A DNA stretch of 64,000 bases from Flectonema sp. DT1601. Taxonomy: Eukaryota. How positions within the stretch are numbered: position 1 is the stretch's first letter; every line of letters begins with the position of its first letter. The notes under the pieces were generated by a model. The model was given only the letters and a program-made list of their open reading frames with translations, was not told the origin of the DNA and ran no database searches. The stretch spans positions 1,178,001-1,242,000 of the forward strand of contig OZ025801.1 of NCBI GenBank assembly GCA_964019425.1. The letters run 5' to 3'. Made by a program: the position numbers and the translations under genes. Of this stretch, positions 56,401 through 64,000 are shown piece by piece.

Positions 56401-59400
56401 ACAATTAACACCCTTCCCGAGGCCCTGAGTCCACTTCAAGTAACCCTCATCCTGAATCCGCATGCTCTTTGTCAACTCCACCGCCTGAAACCCGTCACCA
56501 CCCCAGAGATACGATGTATGAAGCGAAGCATTTAAAGCAGGCATGTCGCCATCTGCCCTCACAATCGGAAGTGTCTGCTGTAAGTCGGCGATGATAATCA
56601 TGGGGCACCCTCCGAACCGCTTGTTCCACTTGTGTGAACGGATGCGACGCATGGTCCTGTCGAGCAACTCAAAATGGCGGCGGTCCGTCATTCCTGCTTC
56701 GTCCCATAAGATGCAACTGCACTCCTGCAGCGCCCTCCACTGCTTGCCGTATTCTGTGATGTTGAGCACCTGCAGTTGTTGGTTGTCGTTCAGGACGATG
56801 GGGAGTCGGAAGCGCGAGTGAGCGGTTGTTCCAAGCTCGAGCAAGGTAGCGGCAATTCCCGTCGAAGCAACCGCAATCACACTCCGTGGTACACAGATTC
56901 CCTGTTCTCCGCGGGTACTCCTCGCCCAATTCAGGAAGCAGTTGGCAAGAAATGTTTTACCGGTTCCAGCTGGGGCCTGCACAAAGATGGTGTCACCTGC
57001 GCCGCCTCCCTCTGCCTTGCGAACCGCGTTCTGCAGCATCTCCAACGCCGCAGATTGGTCGCGGTTGCTGCTTCGGATGAGTACCGCACTCTTTTCGTAG
57101 GCAGAGTAGTATTCCTCGGCCTTCCTCCTAGCAAGCATGACCCCCATTGGGATGGACACTCCTCCGGTCGGCAGCGGCAGCGGAAGCTCTTCGTCGAGAT
57201 TAACCATCGGCAACCCATCCTCGTTGCTGAGTAGCTGGTGGATGTCGAGAATGCACTCGCGCTCGCGCTCGGGTGGGATGAATCCAACACCGTGAACCTC
57301 CTCTTGCAGCTGCCGCTCCTGCGCGCTGAGACGCTCGTCGTAGCACATCTTGCCTCTGAATCGCTCCCAAGCGCCCTTGATGCAGTTGAGCATCCCGCAG
57401 CTGATCAGAACGGCGAAAAGGTACCGAACATACATCGAGGAGTAGCACTTCGCTGCTTCGAGCGCCGACTCCGCCTCCTTGTCGTCGAGAAAGAGCCCAA
57501 GTGCTGTCGCAGCAGCCAGCATCGTGTCGTGAACCACGCCGTCGACCGTCATGGCATCATCGAAGCTCTTCAGGCCTGGGCGCGCGTTGAGGATCAGCCG
57601 CAGGCAATACGCTTCGGTGTCACGGGGTGATACCCAAAAAATCCTGCCTATTTGAACGTCGGTCCAGCGCCTACCTGTTGTGTCCTTGCGCCGGAAGCGA
57701 GATTCTTCGCGCGAATACTCATATCCTTGGCGCAGCTTCCACTCACCCTTGACGTAGCTAAAATAGGTGGGGAAGTCGCGGTACAACAGGGTGCGACAAC
57801 CGTCGGATTGGTTCTTGTCGTTGAAATTGAACCAAGCCAGCAGTGTGGTGCTTTTGGACGCGACCTTCTCGGCCAACTCATCCACGGTGTCGTCGCTGTT
57901 GAAGAAGATGGTCTCCTTCCCCTTGACGTGGATGTCAAGCCGTTTGACAGCTGGGACGTTGGAGTGTTGAGGCATGCTCAGAAGGCGGCCCGCAGCCTCG
58001 CAAGAACCCATGACCCTTGCATTCTGGTACTGGGTCACTTCGTCTTGCACTTCCCTCGCACCTTCCTGCTTCAAGACAAAGCTCAGTCCAGGCTCTGCCT
58101 TCGTAATGTACTTGAATAAGTACCCGACGCAGTCGCCCATGCCGTTGGTTAACTCGACGTTGATGTGAGTTTGGTACCTCATCATCAAGCCGGCGTTGTA
58201 GGGAACCACCCATTCGTTCCCCTGTCCTCTGTGAGTGGTGACGCCTGTCCGACGTCGGCGAATGGTCGAGAACCCGGACACACCTATGTGCGATATGTCC
58301 GTGAATGGTTTCGGGAAGTTGTTCTTGCAGTAGAGTTTCCCATCCTTCCCTTGCTTGTGGCACGGGCAGATCACGCCCTGGCGAGGAGCAGTCGTTGTGC
58401 ACCATCTTCGAAGCAATGAGGCTGTAGAGGGCTGGCTGCCTTACCGGGTCGGGTAGTTCGGCATGGACCACCGAGTCGATGTCCTCAGCTGCTGCTGGTG
58501 GATGCTTGTTCCAGGCGAGGAGGTGCATGTGCGGAAGTCCCCGCTGCTGATACTCGTAAACCCAGACAATGGCGTTGTTCTTGCCGAGAACCCCGCTTCG
58601 GATGTCTTCGCGCAGAGCACGTGCCTTGCCGTCCCAGACACGCATGATGAGCTCCGGTCGGTCGTTGGGTCTCTGGTTCAAAGCCTCCCCGCCTTCTCGC
58701 AAGATCTGCTGGATCTCCGGCCACTGGGTGTTGCATGTCATGGTGACGAAGAAGGTTGGTTTGCCGTATTTCGCCATGATCGCAAGCGCGTCTTCCCGCA
58801 GCTCTCTCTTCCCGCGGGGTCCGCCTTTGAACGAAACCGGAAGAATGATGCGTCGGTTTTCGATTGCGGTGGCTGCCTCATTCTGCTGCACCGCCTGCCT
58901 GACGTCGCTGGCCGCCGCCTTCCTGCTGTGCCGAGCTCCAAAGGGTGATCGATACCAGTTGAGACGCAGATGCTCTGCACGTGCCGCCATGTCCAGTATG
59001 TACACCTGGGTCAACTTGCCAAGGCGCAGGAGCATGTTCTTTCCAGTCCTGAGAGGCCGTTCAAACATGTGAAATCCACCGTACTCCGTGGCACTCACGA
59101 AGGAGCGCCTGCTGTTATCAGTGTTTTCGGCAGCATAATCGCCATTGTAATCTACCTCACGGCCAGCGTCGCTGTTGTTGTTTCGGGGACGAAATCTCCT
59201 GTACTTGCCTAAACCCCAACCGCAGTGGAAGACACGCACTGCATCTTCCTGACCACCACCGCTGGCCTTCCACTCCCAAGACGGGGTGGGAAAGATCACG
59301 GGGTAACTCAGAATCTCGTACAACGGATCTTTCTCATCAATGAACAGCTTCCGACTTCGTGGGGCGGGTACCGATGCCGAATCTCCAAAAAACAACGTGA

Positions 59401-61807
59401 TCTTCCGATTGTCCCTCTTGATGGAGTCGTGGTCCAGGTCGAGGACGATCCTGATCTCGTCGAAGAACTCCTTCGAGGTGTGATCTTCTGCACGGGACGG
59501 CTGGTGGCGCTCAAGGTTTATGCTGATGGCTATATCTGTCGTTCTACGGTCCCCGTCCTGTTCCTTCGCCAGCGCTTTCTCAGCAGCATCGAGGCACTCT
59601 AGGAAGGGGTGCTGCCTGTTGCTGCTCCCTTTTCTGATGATGACTGCAAGGCGTTTTGCGAAGCCGTGCTCCGTCCCTAACTTGCGGATTTGCGAGTTTG
59701 CGTTGTCAAGGTCGCCAGCAATGTACCAGCTTTGTCTCGGGTTGGTTTTGTCAATCACGGGATCGGTGATGTGATGTGTCCTGCCCTGAATGGAAACTGA
59801 CTGGGGACCTGTTGGCTTGGATAGGCAGCTGCGACGCATCAGCGGAACAGCGAATGACAACCTGCTGTTGACAATGTGCGAGACGCTGCGAAACTTTGAT
59901 GTCTTCAACATGTCCTCGACTTCGGGGTGGATGGAGATAAGGTCAAGCTTCGAGGCAGTCCCTGCCGCGCAACACCGTGATGAAGGCTCATAGCAATAGC
60001 GCTCAGCCCCGCACCATTCGCACAAAGTGGGGTCAAGCTGCAGTGGGTTGTACCGAAAATGTGGCAGTTCCGAAATTGGTGTGGGGGATTCGTTCACTTC
60101 ATCAAGCGTGATGCAACATGACCCATGCAACTTCCTTCTCCTTCGTCGGAATCTCCCAGGTCTCTTCCATCCTTCCTGGTCTCCCACTGCCAAGGCTGCC
60201 GTTCGTTCAACATCTATCTCCTTGTCCTGAATCTCCGATCGAACACAGCGCTCAAGGAGTCGCACCCTCTCAGGAATTAGCATCCCACAGATCTCAGCTG
60301 CTTCGCGCATTCTGAACACTTCCCTTGCACTGACAGCCATGTCGGCCTTTATCTGGGTGTTGAATCTTTCTTCCAACAGGCGACGTCCGATGGCAATCCA
60401 CCAGCCAGTCAATGCACTGAACTTGGCAGCGATTCCTTGTTGCTGCCATGCACGTATTCCCTCCAGCGGGCGCACTGCTGTGGTGGTGGTGGTGGTGGTG
60501 GCTGGCGATGAAGTGTTCCTCCTTCTTGTCATCGAAGTGATGGCGACAACACCTGCAAGCAAGATGATTGTTGAAGCGGATGCTGTAGCTGAAAGACGGA
60601 TGTGAGACTTGTACCGAACACCGTTGTTGCCATCGAATCGAAAGGGGTTCATGTAGCAGGCAAGTATGTGTTTACTAAGACCTCTTGGATCGAAGCTCCT
60701 TTCACAGTAACCACACTTCCTTTTACAGGCCTTTTCATGTTCTTCCAGGGCTACTAATGTTCTGAGTGGCGATCCACAGTTCTTGCAGTGATTCTGCTGA
60801 CCGAACTGGTTGCGAAGTGCAAGGGAAGCAACACATGGAGCATGCCTGCCTGCGACGGTGTCAGCCACCGCATGTTGCATCTGCTTCAAGATAGCTTCAA
60901 TTTGCGAAAGGTGTGCACCTGATTTGAGGACGGTATCCACAATCACAGTAAGCCTGCCGATAAGCGCAGCACAGACATTCTTATCATTGTTGTTGTTGTT
61001 CATTCCTCCGGGCAGTTGTTGCAGTAAGTGCCACCATTTTCTTGCCTGCTGGAGTCGGTACAGGCATCCAACATGCTGGTGTGCCTGGAGATGCAGGAGC
61101 TTATTGTGGTATGTTGGGAGCTGTGCTGATTCCTTTGTCGCATGCAACGCCAGAATAGCAGCTGCAAGAACTGCACATGGATACCCCATACTTGTGTCGT
61201 TCTTGGTGGTGGAGGTATAGTATAAAGGTTTCCATTCTGCTGTTCGTGCGTCAGCCTGGAAGGGATTCCCTGGACAGAATGCAATATGTTTAAAAAGTCG
61301 ATTTCTCCCAAAGTACAAACCACAGAAACCACAGGTTCCACTGCACTCAGAAGCGTGCTTCTTTACATATTCAGCAGGGTTGTTGTTGTTGTTGTTGTTG
61401 TTGTTGATTCTTCCTGGGTCCGTGAGCTGCAGCCCACAGTTTGTGCACTTGCCTTGCACAATGGAATCTTGGTACAATAGTCCATCATCGCTGCTGTCAT
61501 CACTTCCAACCTCGAAGTCCGTCAATATTTCTTCTTGGAAGTCAAACACTGTTGCAACTGCAGTGGTAGTTGGTGTTACCCTACTGCCTCGTGCAAACTT
61601 GCTGGGTGGTTTTGGCAAGCTCCTACCAAAGTCGAAGTCCATCAATCTTGCCAGTGCAGGGGTCTGTTGTACACTTTGGACCCTGCTGCCTCGTGTAAAC
61701 ATGCTGGGTGGCTTTGGTGCACCCCTTGGCAAGTCCATCAACATTACTACTGGCTTGTTAGCTGGTTTGTCAGGCATTTTACTTATTATCATCAACTTAA
61801 TGTACAA
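53422..61807 (-). CDS. Helitron RepHel: C2HC fingers, HUH Rep, Pif1 helicase, 2 x OTU-like, basic coiled coil. One frameshift near 58365
   Basis: Rep: GKPTFFVTMTCN, EYQQRGLPHMH, YLFKYITK. Pif1: APAGTGKTFL, ASTGIAA, DEAGM, DLQQTLP, QFPV..AFALTVNKLQGQT, HGQAYVAFTRV. OTU: SDGNCLLYAI...WL...HY. Confidence 0.92.
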
Positions 61808-61899
61808 TGTAATAATAAAGTGTGCTACTGACTGATGTTCTGTCCTGTGCCAAAAAAAAAAAAAAAAATGAAATTGAAAAAATGGAATTCAAAGATTTT

Positions 61900-62520
61900 T
61901 CTTTTACTTTTATTGGTTAGATGTGACAAAGTGGAAATAACTGCAACAAAACTTAACTATAACAAAAAGACAGCTTGGCACCTAAAATTTTCTCCACTCA
62001 GGAATTTATGAAGAGGTCAAGAGATAACTATAAAAAATGTGTTCCCATCTTTTTTAGGAGATCTGTAGCAAAAACCTATAGCAAAAAAAATTGAAAAAAT
62101 AAAATTTTTCAGAAAATATTATAAAGGAAAAATTTTTTCTGAAGAATTTTTTTTTTACCAAATTGGCAACCATACACCTAAATTTCAAAACCATACCAAA
62201 AAAAAATTTTCATCACATTTTATACTTTAAGAAAATGGTTACCCATCTTTTCTAGACCTGCTTGGGCACAAAAATCCAGCATTTTTCCTTAGGCAAAAAT
62301 TTTTCTTTGTGTTCAAAAAAAAAAAAAAATGAAATTGCTGCTGTAACAAAGGCAAATAACTGCAAAAGTGAAAGAATTAGAGTGAAAAAAAGATCTGTAG
62401 CAAAAAAATTGAAAAAATAAATTTTTCAGAAAATATTATAAAGGAAAATTTTTTTCTGAAGAATTTTTTTTTTACCAATTGGCAACCATACACCCACAAT
62501 TTCAAAACCATACCACTTAC
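61900..62520. repeat. AT-rich modular repeats, also present at 63750-64000
   Basis: 62161-62260 recurs at 63900-64000, 62060-62195 at 62390-62515, and ACAAAAAGACAGCTTGGCACCTAAAATTT at ~61962 and ~63826. Confidence 0.85.
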
Positions 62521-62592
62521 TAACAAAATTTGTACTCTTTTCCTTGCTGTTTTCTTCTTACTAATTTTCCTGGTTGAAAAACACAAAAAATA

Positions 62593-62674
62593 TGCCGTAA
62601 CAGGGAATTGAACCCGTGCCACGGCTACCGAATAGACTTAAGGTCGGTGACCATATCCATTCGGCTATGCAGGC
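62593..62674 (-). pseudogene. Degenerate type II (Leu/Ser-like) tRNA
   Basis: A box TAGCCGAATGG, B box GGTTCAATTCC, variable-arm hairpin CGG-TAG-CCG and a T-run terminator. Acceptor and anticodon stems are mispaired. Confidence 0.55.
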
Positions 62675-63282
62675 CCTGGGATTTTCCATTTTTTATTTAT
62701 TTAGTCACATCCCCCCCTGTCTTTCCACTTTATTTTTCTTCATTCTGAGCATTTTATAAACCATTCACAACAGGTTTATCGAACTTGTATCTGCAATGTG
62801 TGCGACCCTGGGATGGAAATATAGGAATTTGGTTATATTAATAAGGGGATGACCATCTTCATCCATTTTGTATTGTTAAACTAATTAAGACAAAATTAAG
62901 AATTGAACTGAGGTTATCGTTCATTACATTATTTTCAATAAAATAGAAATGTGAGAAGAACTACGGGATGGGGAATTTGGCGGAACGCAAGCCCCCCCCC
63001 CCCTCTGCCGTATTACATTATACCCTGGTTTTGGTTTCCCAGGGCTCACGATTAATTCAAAATTGAATAACTCGATTCCGTACTGCACTGAATGACAACA
63101 CGGAAAAAGAGATGTGTATGCAGCTAAGTTAGAAACATTTATTATAATGTAAAGTATTTACGTCAATCGCAGAGTGTATACCTGCACTAACATTACCTTT
63201 AGTCACTGTATCTCAGAACTAATGTTAAATTATCGTCTATGATACAAAACATTTGTATTTTACGTACAAACTCGAACAGTTA

Positions 63283-63680
63283 ACCCCCCCCCAACCCCCC
63301 CAAGGGGGGGGAGCCACTAATAAAAGCCAACCTCTCCCGTACAAAGCCTGCCTGTCCCGTACAAAGTCCAACCTGAAAAACAAATTTGCTACTAATGGAT
63401 GATTAAGCTGGGAAGAGTGCAAGCCCCCCCCCCAACCCCCCCCAAGGGGGGGGAGCCACTAATAAAAGCCAACCTCCCCCGTACAAAGTCTGCCTGTCCC
63501 GTACAAAGTCTAACTTGCGTTCCGCAAGCCCCCCCTCCAACCCCCCCCAAGGGGAGCCACTAATAAAAGCCAACCTCTCCCGTACAAAGCCTGCCTGTCC
63601 CGTACAAAGTCGTCAACTTGAAAAACAAATTTGCTACTAATGGATGATTAAGCTGGGAAGAGTGCAAGCCCCCCCCCAAG
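63283..63680. repeat. Three-copy minisatellite with C/G-run hairpins
   Basis: The unit CCCCCCCAAGGGG(GGG)AGCCACTAATAAAAGCCAACCT..CCCGTACAAAG..TGCCTGTCCCGTACAAAGTC occurs three times. Confidence 0.9.
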
Positions 63681-64000
63681 TTTACTATTTGTGTAGGAAA
63701 GACCCCTTTACCCAAAAAAAAATGAAATCAAAGATTGCTTTTTCAGAATAGTGAGATGTAACAGAGTGGCAAATAACTGCAAAAGTGAAAGAATTTATTT
63801 ATTAAAACCCAAATTGTCTAAACTGTAACAAAAAGACAGCTTGGCACCTAAAATTTATTAAAAAGGAAAAAATTATTTCAAAAAAAAAAAATTTTGCTAA
63901 ATTGGCAACCATACACCTAAATTTCAAAACCATACCAAAAAAAATTTTTCATCACATTTTATACTTTAAGAAAATGGTTACCCATCTTTTCTAGACCTGC

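Larger units (their letters stand above)
51804..62976 (-). mobile_element. Helitron (rolling-circle transposon), ends approximate
   Basis: Rep + Pif1 coding region. Candidate 3' terminus CTAG followed by T on the minus strand at 51804-51807. The 5' end was not identified and may lie beyond the window. Confidence 0.75.

Overview
Eukaryotic DNA, most plausibly from a euglenozoan (diplonemid- or kinetoplastid-like) protist. That assignment is an inference from the same-strand gene cluster, short GT-AG introns and a VIPER-type retroelement. Bases 1-29.4 kb are a host gene block in which every supported protein gene is on the + strand. It holds three tandem Fringe-like (GT31/DUF604) glycosyltransferases, a PARN/CAF1-like deadenylase, a PH-domain protein, three small spliced Gly-rich genes, NOB1, a HAP40/F8A1-like protein and several unknowns. 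It is interrupted by tRNA-Gly, a decayed pogo-like transposon and a tRNA-derived SINE. Bases 31.6-64 kb are a transposon island that starts at a tRNA-Ile/tRNA-Gly pair and has three main parts. (i) An ~11.8-kb CRE-like non-LTR retrotransposon with a tRNA-like Pol III head. Its ~2840-aa ORF2 fuses ZnF, an OTU deubiquitinase, RT, a restriction-like endonuclease, a USP deubiquitinase, two degenerate RNase H-like regions and two hybrid-binding domains. (ii) A VIPER/Ngaro-type tyrosine-recombinase retrotransposon with A1-B1-A2-B2 repeats, plus a short non-autonomous relative. Both sit in the same register of (CCCGCAAA)n arrays, and the long copy carries a ~950-bp internal inversion that splits both its YR and RT genes. 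(iii) A Helitron (Rep + Pif1) with two OTU-like domains and one frameshift. All domain calls come from motif recognition by eye, not from database searches.
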